A stretch of 64,000 bases of DNA from Candidatus Cloacimonadales bacterium (GTDB lineage: Bacteria > Cloacimonadota > Cloacimonadia > Cloacimonadales > JAFGVF01): contig OY759729.1 in NCBI GenBank assembly GCA_963662585.1, positions 3,104,001 to 3,168,000 on the forward strand. Reading direction: 5' to 3'. Positions 1 to 9,994 of the stretch are shown piece after piece. Each line of letters opens with the position of its first letter. The first letter of the stretch is position 1. Both the position numbers and the translations under genes were made by a program. Under the pieces are notes generated by a model that had not been told where the DNA came from, made no database searches, and saw only the letters and a list, made by a program, of their open reading frames with translations.

Positions 1-972
1 ATACTTTTTGTAAAGGGCAAGGTACTCTTGAGGAGTGTAATGATCAAGCATTACCCTAGTAAGAAGTCCAGCCACAGGATAGCTTAGCGAAGGATGTTCA
101 GCTCGAAAGCTTTCTACATCATTGTAGTCAGAATAATTAACCATTCCTGTATCAATTAAGAACTTTCCGGCCTCCATAAGAGCTTGAGTTGAGTGTCCAC
201 CCCGACCACCAATAGCTACTGCTAAGCCTTCTTGAAGAAAAGTATGGGTATAAAGTTCGTTACTTTTAAGATAGTAGTTAATTAGGAAATGAGTAACTTC
301 ATGAAAGTGGGCTGGATAGGTTGAGACTATATATTCTTGATTTAAGAGAAAAATACCACGGGTTTTATAGGAAGTTAAGTCTTCAATAGTATCTAAATCA
401 GGACAATAGAAGTAGTCTAATTTCTTTACTCTAAGGGAGTCTAACTCATGATTTCCTTGAGGAAAATAAGTAAAGAAGGATTCTATTCTTTTATCTAAAA
501 TTTGCATTGCTTCTTGTGGTATTGGCCAATCTTGAGGAAAATGAAAGGTCAGATACTCTGAATCCAATTGCTCCCAGGAGCGGGTGAAGTAATCAACACG
601 ACTAAACACCTTATTTTCTAATATATAAAATTCATATCCTCTTTGACCATTAACTTCTGTATAATTATGATAATATGAATCTTCAACTTTAACTAAAGGG
701 TGACTAACTTTTAGCTGAGGATTCTCTTGTGAATAGTCTTTTAAAGCTATATTGCCGATAAGAAATTTATTATAAGGGATATTGTAGGAGATGCTGTGTT
801 TGTTAGAATTATGATCCCTAGTAGCTGCTAGAAAATCAGTGATTGAATCTGGCTTATCCCACACTTGAGCTGATATATTTAAAGTATTACTATTCCTCTC
901 TGAAGCTATTGCCTCTAAGCAAAATAGAATCGTACACAAGATAAATATAGATGCAATAAAACGCTTTAGCAT
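1..972 (-). CDS. Secreted zinc metallopeptidase, gluzincin/MA-clan-like (partial, runs off window start)
   Basis: Not in the ORF track. Hand translation from ATG at 972 (SD AGGAG at 978-982) is open to position 1. It has a signal peptide MLKRFIASIFILCTILFC, an HEVTH motif, and FLQEGLA with the Glu after a 19-residue spacer. Confidence 0.75.
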   Translation of the reverse strand, partial: MLKRFIASIFILCTILFCLEAIASERNSNTLNISAQVWDKPDSITDFLAATRDHNSNKHSISYNIPYNKFLIGNIALKDYSQENPQLKVSHPLVKVEDSYYHNYTEVNGQRGYEFYILENKVFSRVDYFTRSWEQLDSEYLTFHFPQDWPIPQEAMQILDKRIESFFTYFPQGNHELDSLRVKKLDYFYCPDLDTIEDLTSYKTRGIFLLNQEYIVSTYPAHFHEVTHFLINYYLKSNELYTHTFLQEGLAVAIGGRGGHSTQALMEAGKFLIDTGMVNYSDYNDVESFRAEHPSLSYPVAGLLTRVMLDHYTPQEYLALYKKY

Positions 973-1002
973 AGTCACTCCTTTACTTGAGAAGGGCTAA
1001 TT

Positions 1003-1028
1003 TAGAGGCGAAAATCTTTCGCCCCTAC
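1003..1028 (-). repeat. GTAG-headed REP-like hairpin / possible terminator
   Basis: Minus strand reads GTAGGGGCGAAAGATTTTCGCCTCTA, an imperfect palindrome similar to the hairpin at 9995-10020. Confidence 0.5.
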
Positions 1029-1057
1029 AATAGACAGTTCATATTTGTGAATACCTT

Positions 1058-1468
1058 TTAGTATTTTTTCTTTTTTGATTTATCCTTTACTACATGATTT
1101 GGAATACTAAAATAACTTGCATCAAAGCGATCACTTCCTACCCACAAATCAATTTTTGTCCCATTAAGAGTCCTACTTATATCTGCATGTTTTATTTGCC
1201 AGCCTATAATATTAAGTCGGGCAGTTCCTAGCATATCTGAGCCCCCCATAGTTCCATAATATTCGGCAAATTCAGGGCGAGTTCCTGAGTTCAAAGCTCT
1301 ATTAATATCTTCAAGTTCGCTATCAGTGCGAACAGTATTATCAACAACAGACAAGTGCATTCCATCATCTTCTTGATGGAGACTAATCACCATCCGGGCA
1401 GGTTTTGATTCCAAAATATAATTTGATATTTCTCCGATTATATGGAGCAAGTATTCTTTACTTTGCAT
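1058..1468 (-). CDS. Hypothetical protein, degenerate GHKL/HATPase-like fold suspected
   Basis: 136-aa ORF with SD AGGAG. HLSVVDN and terminal GTKIDL segments resemble the G1 and terminal strands of HATPase_c. It lies 15 bp downstream of the DUF1576 gene. Confidence 0.6.
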   Translation of the reverse strand: MQSKEYLLHIIGEISNYILESKPARMVISLHQEDDGMHLSVVDNTVRTDSELEDINRALNSGTRPEFAEYYGTMGGSDMLGTARLNIIGWQIKHADISRTLNGTKIDLWVGSDRFDASYFSIPNHVVKDKSKKKKY

Positions 1469-1483
1469 GTTAAAACTCCTTAT

Positions 1484-2728
1484 CTATTTTTTAATTCCTT
1501 TAAACCACTGAATTAGGGCTAAGAATAGGGTAGCTGTTAAACCACCTGCAAATCCATTATTATACAAATCTAGTCCACCATGCCAGGCAGCAGTTCTTTC
1601 CACTAGGGATAAATGAACAAAGCCTGCAGCTATTCCTATCAAAGGTCCAAATTCTCCACTTAGTGGAGCAATAGTACTTACAAAAAGAAATGCCAATACA
1701 GGACCTGGTGCACTCAAAGACTTTCCAAACAGAAGGGTTGCTATAATAACACCTAAGGCACCTGGCCAACAGTTTTTTAAGTGCTTACCAAAGGTCGCAA
1801 AACCGATAACAGTAAAGAGACCACCAATAACAGGACCGTTGAAGGGAGCTTTGATTAGAAAAATATATAAGCTACCAATTAATCCTAACAATCCTGCATT
1901 AACAAAGGCTGAACCTGGTGAAACAGAGTGCATGAAATCAGTCGGAAGTCTGCCTGAAAGTTTCATAATACTTAAGAGATTTTTACCCAACTTAGGACCA
2001 TCCATAATACTACCCCAGATTATTAACAAGAAGGATATTGATGGTGCTAAGAGGATCAGACCTAGATGTGCTTGAGTGTTCCAGATAATTTTTATCCCAA
2101 TTTCTCTTTGAGCACCTACTATAAAAGAGGCAAAAAATAGAGCTAAAAAACCACAGGTAAGTCCCATATTATAGATATTAAATCCTTCATGCATGCGTAA
2201 CATTGCCATACCTAAACTAGGGAGAATAAATCCAGCTACTACACCCCCGATAAGCCCAAAAATTAGACCATATATACCAGAGAAACCAGCTTCAAAAGTT
2301 AGATAGCTTACCAATGGTCCTAAAGCAGTCCCAAAAAGAGCAAAGAGAATATAGCTACTGAAAGATTTCCCTCCTACCTTGCTGGCAACATATACTCCGA
2401 GTACAATTGGGAGAGTGTTTAAAGGAGTCTTACCAAAAAGACTAAAACCAACGATAGTAAAAAAAGCTGCAATAGTGGGACCTGAAAGACTAATATCACA
2501 TAACCTGATTAGTAGCAAAGAAAGTAGTCCCATAAATCCTGCATTAACAAGGGCACCACCCACTCCACCGACAACAGTAAAATCATTTATAAGTCTTGCA
2601 GCGTGAGTTTGCAACTTTAAAAAGCCTTGTAAACTAGGAATAAGTCCGTCGCTAAAAATACCAAGTAGCATTATTCCTAAGGCACAAATTATCATGAGCC
2701 AGTAACTTTTTCTTTCATAATAGAGCAT
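1484..2728 (-). CDS. DUF1576-family polytopic membrane protein
   Basis: 414 aa, very hydrophobic, with an internal duplication (GFSLFGKT...HEGFNIYNMG / GFATFGKH...HGGLDLYNNG) typical of DUF1576. Confidence 0.8.
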   Translation of the reverse strand: MLYYERKSYWLMIICALGIMLLGIFSDGLIPSLQGFLKLQTHAARLINDFTVVGGVGGALVNAGFMGLLSLLLIRLCDISLSGPTIAAFFTIVGFSLFGKTPLNTLPIVLGVYVASKVGGKSFSSYILFALFGTALGPLVSYLTFEAGFSGIYGLIFGLIGGVVAGFILPSLGMAMLRMHEGFNIYNMGLTCGFLALFFASFIVGAQREIGIKIIWNTQAHLGLILLAPSISFLLIIWGSIMDGPKLGKNLLSIMKLSGRLPTDFMHSVSPGSAFVNAGLLGLIGSLYIFLIKAPFNGPVIGGLFTVIGFATFGKHLKNCWPGALGVIIATLLFGKSLSAPGPVLAFLFVSTIAPLSGEFGPLIGIAAGFVHLSLVERTAAWHGGLDLYNNGFAGGLTATLFLALIQWFKGIKK

Positions 2729-3135
2729 TAAATATATTCATCCTTTTTTGTGGTTTCTTTAACTTTATTTATCCTAAAAAAAGATTTGATTATCTGCAAT
2801 TAGTGTCAAGATATTTTGATTTATTGCTGAGATATAACCCAGAGGATATTGCTCAAATATCAGGCCACTGTTACCAACTACTTATCTTTAAAGAAATTAA
2901 TTCTTGATAAAAAAAACTGCGAAGGGCGATATTATAGCTTATTTATTTTCCTTCTTATCCATAAAATATTTGATAGAAAATCAATAATCCATCACACTTT
3001 TTTATCACTAGACCTGAACAAGAGATTCTTTTTTATTGACAGCAATATATGTATTGATGATGTTTAAAACTGGTAAGGCAGTAGATACTGCATCATCTTG
3101 GATAAATTATGTTAGTATTTAAATAAGGAATTAAA

Positions 3136-4122
3136 ATGGAAGAAATTCAAAAGTCCTTAAATAGGGATGTAATGCTGTCTAATCGTATCTCTAGAGCACA
3201 AGGATGCCTACTAGGCCAACTTGCAGGTGATGCACTGGGAAGTTTGGTAGAGTTTCAGTCCCCGAGTGAAATTAGACAATCTTATCCTCATGGTGTTAGA
3301 AAGATGATTGATGGCGGAACATGGGATACTATTGCAGGTCAGCCAACAGATGATTCTGAGTTGGCATTACTTCTGGCAAGGATGCTGGTTAAAGCAGGAA
3401 CATATAATCCAGCAGAGGCATTAAAGCAATATCAATACTGGTTAAATACAGAGCCATTTGATTGTGGAATGACCACTTCAGCAGGCTTATGTGGCAATCC
3501 TAATCCCTACAGTCAAGCTAATGGTGCTCTGATGAGAATTTCTCCACTGGGAATTTTCGGGACTAGATTTAAACTAAGTCAGGTAGGAGAATGGGCTAGG
3601 CAAGATGCATTACTAACTCATCCAAACCAGATTTGCCAACAAACTAATATGCTGTTTACCATGGGTATTGCTCATGCAATTAACTCTGGATGTAGCAGAA
3701 ATGAATTATATCAGTCCATCAGGCAATGGGCAATAGATTTTTCTCTTGAGTCAACATTACTTGATGTCATCTCCCAAGCAGCCAAGGAGCGACCAGCAGA
3801 TTATGTCTATCAGCAGGGTTGGGTATTGATTGCTTTTCAAAATGCTTTATTTCAGCTTGTCCATGCTCCGAATCTTGAAGAAGGTGTAGTTGATACCATT
3901 ATGCAGGGTGGCGATACAGATACTAATGCTGCCATTTGTGGAGCATTGTTAGGTTCTGTATATGGTAAGGAGGCTATTCCCTCTCAATGGCTACACACTC
4001 TTCAAGTTTGTCGTCCACAGGCTGGACATCCACAAGTATATCATCCACGCCCTGAATGTTTTTGGCCAGTGGATGTATTGGATTTGGCTGAAATGTTGAT
4101 AAGAGGTATTACTTATGGATAA
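3136..4122 (+). CDS. ADP-ribosylglycohydrolase (DraG/ARH family)
   Basis: GDALG, TDDS, NGALMR and GGDTDTNAAICGAL motifs. Confidence 0.92.
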   Translation: MEEIQKSLNRDVMLSNRISRAQGCLLGQLAGDALGSLVEFQSPSEIRQSYPHGVRKMIDGGTWDTIAGQPTDDSELALLLARMLVKAGTYNPAEALKQYQYWLNTEPFDCGMTTSAGLCGNPNPYSQANGALMRISPLGIFGTRFKLSQVGEWARQDALLTHPNQICQQTNMLFTMGIAHAINSGCSRNELYQSIRQWAIDFSLESTLLDVISQAAKERPADYVYQQGWVLIAFQNALFQLVHAPNLEEGVVDTIMQGGDTDTNAAICGALLGSVYGKEAIPSQWLHTLQVCRPQAGHPQVYHPRPECFWPVDVLDLAEMLIRGITYG

Positions 4123-4614
4123 TAATAAAAACACTATTTCAGGTGTTTCAAATATTGATGAATTACATAATTACAGTAATTAGATAAAATACTCACTAGA
4201 CTGAACATTTATTGTAGTGAATGCTTGGTTTCTGTTAAGAATTACTATTTCATCTACTCAACTAGATTCTAGGCCATCCAGATTGAGACTTCGCCATCTA
4301 CAGCAGAGTTCTACTGCATAATCCCAGTTAAAAATGTGTTTACTGTCTTTCCATTTTATTAGTTTTATTCTACGCATGAGTGAAATGGTAATGCTATTGT
4401 ATTGAAATGCAAGATGAATTGTAGTCAAATAATATTGTAAATAATGAAAATTTCAATTTAATTCTTGACAAAACATTTAAGGAATCAATTACATTATTGT
4501 AAATTGATATTAATTATCTATAAATATTAATTAAAGGTCGTTTGATAGGAATATTTTATGATATTACTATAAACAAAGAGTATGAAATTAAAAGTATTTA
4601 GGAATGGAGGAAAA

Positions 4615-5997
4615 ATGGAAATTAGAGAACTCAAGCCAATTCTTAAAAGTTCTATTTTAGAATTAGAGAAAATATTTCCCTATGCTTCTGCTTTTGTAGG
4701 AGATTTAGATGGTCGAAATATTTATGCTGGCAAATTCGATAAAAGTGTAACCTTAGTTCAACCGGAAAAAGGTGTGACTTTCACAATTCATGATGGTGAG
4801 AAATTTATAGAGAGATCAATAGATAAAGTTGATGCAAATAGTTTAAAAGAAGTTGTTTCTGAGCTTATTGCCAATAATAAACCTGCTGATAAAATTATAA
4901 CCGAAATAGATCCTGGCGAAGAGATTGAGAAAGATTTCTTTATAGAAATGGAAAAGGATCCACAATCATTAGAGTTAAAAGATCTCTTAGCTACTGCTGA
5001 GGAATGGAAAGAGAAGCTCATACGCATTAGTGACAAGATAATTAATTGTGGTGTTACCATGGGATCTCAGCGGGTCAAAGAACTTTTTGTTAATCGTAAC
5101 AAAACACTATATCAAGAAATCAATCGGTGGAATAATGGTTTCTATGCTATTTTAAAAGATGGAGACCTGACAAATCAAGTTTGGGATATGAGAAGTAAGC
5201 TTGGTGGATACGAAATTCTTGATCTATCAGAAGAAAATATGAAAAAAGTAATTTCTGATGGCGAAAAGCTTTTAAATGCTGATAGAATCAAACCAGGTAC
5301 CTACGATTGTATTTTCTCCCCAGCTATGTCTGGAATGTTTGCTCATGAAGCTTTTGGGCACGGAACAGAAACTGATATGTATCTTAAAAATCGTGCTAAA
5401 GGTAAAGAGTATATGGGGAAGCAAGTTGCTGCTAAAATGGTTAATATGATTGATTCTCCAGCTTATCCTGGAGAAGCTGGTTCTTATTTCTTCGACAATG
5501 AAGGGCAATTAGCAGCAGATACACAAATCATTAAAGATGGTATCTTAGTATCAGGATTAACAGATATGAACTCAGCTATACAGCTAAAATATAAAAGAAC
5601 TCCAAATGGGAGGCGTCAAAACTATGCACACAAAACTTATGCTAGAATGACTAATACTTATTTTACCGAAGGTAATGATGAGTTTGAAGATATGATAAAG
5701 AGCATTGAGTATGGATTCTTAGTAGATTATCCTACAAATGGAATGGAAGATCCAAAAGGCTGGGGAATTCAATTAGAAGCTATTTATGCTAGAGAAATCA
5801 AAGATGGTAAACTTACAGATAACTATTTCACTCCCGTAATTGTAACAGGTTATGTTCCAGACCTTTTAAATTCAATCACTATGATTGGAAAAACCGTTAA
5901 AATGTTTGGTGGTGGTATGTGTGGAAAAGGTCATAAAGAGTGGGTCAAAGTTTCTGATGGTGGCCCATATATGAAGTTAAAAGCAAGGTTAGCCTAG
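4615..5997 (+). CDS. tldD: TldD metalloprotease subunit (copy 1)
   Basis: HEAFGHG metal motif, RMTNT and C-terminal CGK. Start moved to ATG 4615 behind GGAGG (ORF track start 4582). Confidence 0.9.
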   Translation: MEIRELKPILKSSILELEKIFPYASAFVGDLDGRNIYAGKFDKSVTLVQPEKGVTFTIHDGEKFIERSIDKVDANSLKEVVSELIANNKPADKIITEIDPGEEIEKDFFIEMEKDPQSLELKDLLATAEEWKEKLIRISDKIINCGVTMGSQRVKELFVNRNKTLYQEINRWNNGFYAILKDGDLTNQVWDMRSKLGGYEILDLSEENMKKVISDGEKLLNADRIKPGTYDCIFSPAMSGMFAHEAFGHGTETDMYLKNRAKGKEYMGKQVAAKMVNMIDSPAYPGEAGSYFFDNEGQLAADTQIIKDGILVSGLTDMNSAIQLKYKRTPNGRRQNYAHKTYARMTNTYFTEGNDEFEDMIKSIEYGFLVDYPTNGMEDPKGWGIQLEAIYAREIKDGKLTDNYFTPVIVTGYVPDLLNSITMIGKTVKMFGGGMCGKGHKEWVKVSDGGPYMKLKARLA

Positions 5998-6007
5998 GAG
6001 GTTAGTT

Positions 6008-7309
6008 ATGGATAATAGAATCATTGAAATTATTAAGAGTTTTTCGGAAGTTTCTGATTGGAGTATCAACAGGTCAGAGATTAGAAATAATGAAATATAT
6101 TTGATACAAGATAAAACTGAATCTGAAAGAATAGTTACATCAGATACATATAGTGTTGTTTTATATGTAGATAAAGAGATTAATGGTAAAATGATGCGTG
6201 GTATGGCATACCAAACTTTTTCTTCAGATTTAGGAGATATAGAAGTTAAAAAACTATTGAGTGATGCTGTTTTTGCCGCCTCTTTAGGTTTAAATCCACA
6301 TTATAATCTGGACAGTAAAGAAGATAATGACACTGAATATCTAGCCTGCGATATGGGCTTATATGATAACACTGAAAATGCTGTTACTGAAATTAAAGAA
6401 CAGATATTTACAGCAATTGAAAATGAAGAAGATGTTAAATTAGCTTCAGCTGAGGTCTTCATAACATGTTCATCATCAAGATTCATCACCTCTCGTGGTG
6501 TTGATTCGTTAAATAAAAAAACTAGAATTATGCTGGAAGTTGTTATGCTTGCTGGTGAAGGTGTAAATGAAGTCGAGAGTTCAGTGATTCGTAATGAGCG
6601 GTATCTAGATATTCTTGATATACCAAATTTACTAAAAGAATATGCAGCTCATGCTCGCAATAGCTTAGTAGCAGAATTACCAAATTCTGGGAAATATGAT
6701 GTTATCTTTACTGGTGAAGCTTTGGAAAATTTCTTTGACTACTACATTTCTCAATGCTTAGGAAGTTCAGCATACTATAAGAGTTCAAGATTTAAACTTG
6801 GTAAAGAAGTTGTATCAGATGTAAAAGGAGATAGGATTACTCTTACTTCAGATCCTTCTCTAAAGGGTGGATTAAGAACAGGGAAATATGATAGTTATGG
6901 TACTTTGTTAGAGAAATATGTAATAATTGAAGATGGAGTATTCAAGAATATATCAGCTAATATGCAATATGGGACATATCTAAATATTCCTGTTAAAGGT
7001 AATTGTACTAATACAATAGTCGCTAATGGCAATAGATCATTAGATGAGCTACTTACAGAAAATACATTTGTATTATCAAGATTCTCAACCTTCAGTCCAA
7101 ATGGAGTTACAGGAGCTTTTTCAGGAGAAATCAGAAGCGGCTATAAACTTGTTAATGGTAAAAAGCACCAAGTAAAAGGTGGATCTGTGACTGGACTTAT
7201 GGATAGTGCAATGAAAGAAGTATATTTCTCTAAAGAGATGGTTCAATTTGGAAACTACTACGGTCCTAAATACATTAAAGTATGTAGATTAGATATAGCA
7301 GGAAACTAA
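6008..7309 (+). CDS. pmbA: TldE/PmbA family protein (copy 1)
   Basis: Follows tldD with a 10-bp gap and SD AGGAGG. It has PmbA-type C-terminal motifs (YDSYG, TGAFSG) and no HExxH. Confidence 0.82.
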   Translation: MDNRIIEIIKSFSEVSDWSINRSEIRNNEIYLIQDKTESERIVTSDTYSVVLYVDKEINGKMMRGMAYQTFSSDLGDIEVKKLLSDAVFAASLGLNPHYNLDSKEDNDTEYLACDMGLYDNTENAVTEIKEQIFTAIENEEDVKLASAEVFITCSSSRFITSRGVDSLNKKTRIMLEVVMLAGEGVNEVESSVIRNERYLDILDIPNLLKEYAAHARNSLVAELPNSGKYDVIFTGEALENFFDYYISQCLGSSAYYKSSRFKLGKEVVSDVKGDRITLTSDPSLKGGLRTGKYDSYGTLLEKYVIIEDGVFKNISANMQYGTYLNIPVKGNCTNTIVANGNRSLDELLTENTFVLSRFSTFSPNGVTGAFSGEIRSGYKLVNGKKHQVKGGSVTGLMDSAMKEVYFSKEMVQFGNYYGPKYIKVCRLDIAGN

Positions 7310-7337
7310 TCATAGAAAGATTTAGTAGATAGATAAG

Positions 7338-7370
7338 GGGTTTCATAAAGTTATTTTTGAAACCCATTTT
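7338..7370 (+). terminator. Probable intrinsic terminator after tldDE
   Basis: GGGTTTCA...TGAAACCC stem followed by ATTTT. Confidence 0.5.
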
Positions 7371-8069
7371 ACTATCTCGGAGGACTATATATACCTATAT
7401 ATTTTTTAACGAGTAATGAATCATTTTTAGTATATTTTATTTTAGTATTTATTATTAAAAATATTATAACTATTAGAATTGTAAAGACATTAATCAATGT
7501 AGATGAATAACTTAAAGGTCTATTTTTTAACTTATTTAAAAAACTAGATAAAGGAGGAAGTGCATGAGTAGTCCTTGGAGTAATAAAACGATGTGTGAAC
7601 TATCACTTAAAAATATGGACAAGAGCTTTTTACCAAAAACTTCGCAACAAACAGAGTTTATTATTAAAGAGATGTCGTTAAGTGATTCAAGTAAGATATT
7701 AGATTTAGGTTGTGGGGCTGGTAGGCATGCTATATCTTTAGCTAGAGAAGGTCTTAATGTAATAGGCATAGATATTTCTGAGCACATGCTATTAGAAGCA
7801 AAAAACCGTACTGAAGAGTCTGGAGTTAAAGTAAATTTTATTCAATCAGATTTAGCAGACATAGATAAACTGAACTTAGAAAAAAATAGTTTTGATGGAG
7901 CTATCTGTCTTAATGAAGCTGGTATTGGTGTTTTGGGCAGTCTTGAAAAAGAAGTGAATTTCTTTAAAGAGATTTATAGCTTGTTAAAAGCTGATTCAAA
8001 ACTTGTAATTTCTTGCTTTAATGGCTTAAGAAGATATCTTAATTCGAAAGATGAAAACCCTAAATTTAA

Positions 8070-9722
8070 CTAATCTTTCCGACACCTAAGTTATTGCAAA
8101 TAAACTACTAATTTGCACATCATAGCGACTCATATGTCTTTTTATCAGTTAATTATGCAATTCTGCCATTATACCGAATATCTACCTCTGTGATTTTATC
8201 TATAATTTCTTCATTTTCAAAGAATTTTCTTATCATGATATCAACATCCTTTCTTAACTCAGTTAAATTTGTGTATCCATAAGCTATTGAATAATCGATG
8301 AAGTCTTTTACTTTTTGAGTAAAAATCGTATTAATAAATATGATTAATGATGCATCTTCAAGCTCTTCATAAAATTCAATTAATAACTGTTCCATAGAAG
8401 GATATGGTTTTTGCTGTTTTTTGTAACATAGTATGTTATAAAAAACATACCTAATAGTCAAATCAGCTATCATAGCAGAGTATTTTGAAGAATGGCTCTG
8501 ATTATATCCAAAATATTGTTTAATCTCTTTAAATACACATTCTATTGACCATCTTCTCATATAAATTTTTAAAACTTCTATTTCTGAAAGTTGTAAATCA
8601 GTTGCTAAAATAGCCTTCCATCTTTTAACATTAGGGTACTTAAAAAAGCATATTTTAATCTTTTCTATTACTTTTCTTTCATTTATTTTTCTTGAACTTG
8701 AAGTATCTAATAATTCAACAATAACAGATTTATATTTTATTCCGGATTTCCTATCATAAAACCATTTACCAGCTATTTTGTTTAGGGTTTTCAAATCATA
8801 ATATTGACCTTTAAACTTATATTTCTGGGAACCATTTTTTAACATAGACACTAGTGTTATTCCAAGTGGTACAAGTCTTTTAAATACAAAGTTATAACTT
8901 GTGTTGTTATTGAACCAAGAATCCCATAATACATATTTAAAAGGTATTTTTCTCTGAATAGTGCGTTTTATCATTTTAATTACAATTTGAGTCTTCTTTT
9001 CTTTTGAGAAACGATTTCTTTGCTCAGTATGAGTGCCTTTGTGGTATCTGGGTCTTTTTGACTTTTTGACTTTTTTCTTTCCAATTTTTAATTCAAAATC
9101 TAATACAATAGCTGATAACCCATTACTCCACACTTCAGTTATGTTTTGAAACCCTTTGAAGTATTTTGATAAACAGTGATCATGAAACCAACTGATATAT
9201 TCTGTCTTTTTCCCTGTTTTTACTTTCGATGTATCATCAAAAATTATACAATTATCATTTTCACAGGAAGTATCACTTAGCTTAATAAACCTTAAAGCAA
9301 CTTTATATAATAGATTTCTCCATTTATAATTAGAGTTGTTTAGCATATCATTAATGGGTGTTTTAAATTTTGATATATTATTGAATTTTAGACCAAAATA
9401 TAAGGATTTTTTATTCTCAAGAATCATGAACATAAAAAGAAGCATCAATTCAATGATGGTATGACCTTTTTGTTTTACTATACCAACTTGCTTCAAAATA
9501 CTTCCAAATTTAAATATTTCAAATAACTCTATTATTAATCCTGAATTCAAGCTTGACACTTTTACCTGTTTGTATTTTTTTAGCATATATACCTCGTTTT
9601 TTATAGTTTCGTTTATTTCCGTAAACAACTAAACTATAATCATATACGAGGTATTTTTGTCAATATCTATTTTTATCTATTTTATTGTTACACAACAACT
9701 TAATTCATGTCGGAAAGATTAG
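8070..9722 (-). mobile_element. Complete insertion sequence, IS4 superfamily (DDE_5/IS701-like), 1653 bp
   Basis: Perfect 15-bp terminal IRs CTAATCTTTCCGACA (8070-8084) and TGTCGGAAAGATTAG (9708-9722). Flanking direct repeat ATTTAA at 8064-8069 and 9723-9728. Confidence 0.95.
8153..9586 (-). CDS. DDE transposase (IS4 superfamily)
   Basis: IIFDDT, LWDSWF and the Y-x2-R-x3-E-x6-K (YMRRWSIECVFKEIK) signature. Likely start ATG 9586 with SD GAGGT (track start 9628). Confidence 0.9.
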   Translation of the reverse strand: MLKKYKQVKVSSLNSGLIIELFEIFKFGSILKQVGIVKQKGHTIIELMLLFMFMILENKKSLYFGLKFNNISKFKTPINDMLNNSNYKWRNLLYKVALRFIKLSDTSCENDNCIIFDDTSKVKTGKKTEYISWFHDHCLSKYFKGFQNITEVWSNGLSAIVLDFELKIGKKKVKKSKRPRYHKGTHTEQRNRFSKEKKTQIVIKMIKRTIQRKIPFKYVLWDSWFNNNTSYNFVFKRLVPLGITLVSMLKNGSQKYKFKGQYYDLKTLNKIAGKWFYDRKSGIKYKSVIVELLDTSSSRKINERKVIEKIKICFFKYPNVKRWKAILATDLQLSEIEVLKIYMRRWSIECVFKEIKQYFGYNQSHSSKYSAMIADLTIRYVFYNILCYKKQQKPYPSMEQLLIEFYEELEDASLIIFINTIFTQKVKDFIDYSIAYGYTNLTELRKDVDIMIRKFFENEEIIDKITEVDIRYNGRIA

Positions 9723-9994
9723 ATTTAACTTTATAAAAGGTGAATTTACTTGGAATGTAGAAGTCGCTGAAGGAGTTAATCTCAAAGAAGTTCAAAGAAT
9801 GTATATCCCTTCAGAGCTGAATATGTTGTTAGCTCTTGTAGGGTTCAGAGACATTAAAGTATATTCCTGCAACGATGGTCTTTTTACTACCAAAACTCTA
9901 GGCTTTGATGAGATTGAGATGCTTGTTATTGCCCATAAATAACGAAACATACAGGTAATAGAGCATATTTGTATTCCTTTAATGTTTTTATCTT

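Larger units (their letters stand above)
7564..9942 (+). pseudogene. Class I SAM-dependent methyltransferase interrupted by an IS
   Basis: The N-terminal part 7564-8069 has ILDLGCGAGRH and GIDIS. Removing 8070-9728 (IS plus one TSD) rejoins it in frame (..NPKFN|FIKGEFTW..IAHK*) to give about 239 aa. Confidence 0.9.

Noticed and set aside
2849..3067. 72-aa ORF upstream of the ARH gene
   Set aside because: TTG start, low-complexity AT-rich sequence covering a probable promoter region, no motif.
4200..4360. Minus-strand fragment reading ..FNWDYAVELCCRWRSLNLDG..
   Set aside because: It could be a gene remnant, but it is short, has no start and cannot be assigned without a search.
9685..9942. 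85-aa ORF as an independent gene
   Set aside because: Its start lies inside the IS end. It is the C-terminal part of the interrupted methyltransferase.
4615..9942. tldDE plus methyltransferase as a RiPP biosynthetic cluster
   Set aside because: A terminator-like hairpin and a 250-bp gap separate them, and there is no precursor peptide, YcaO, radical SAM enzyme or exporter.
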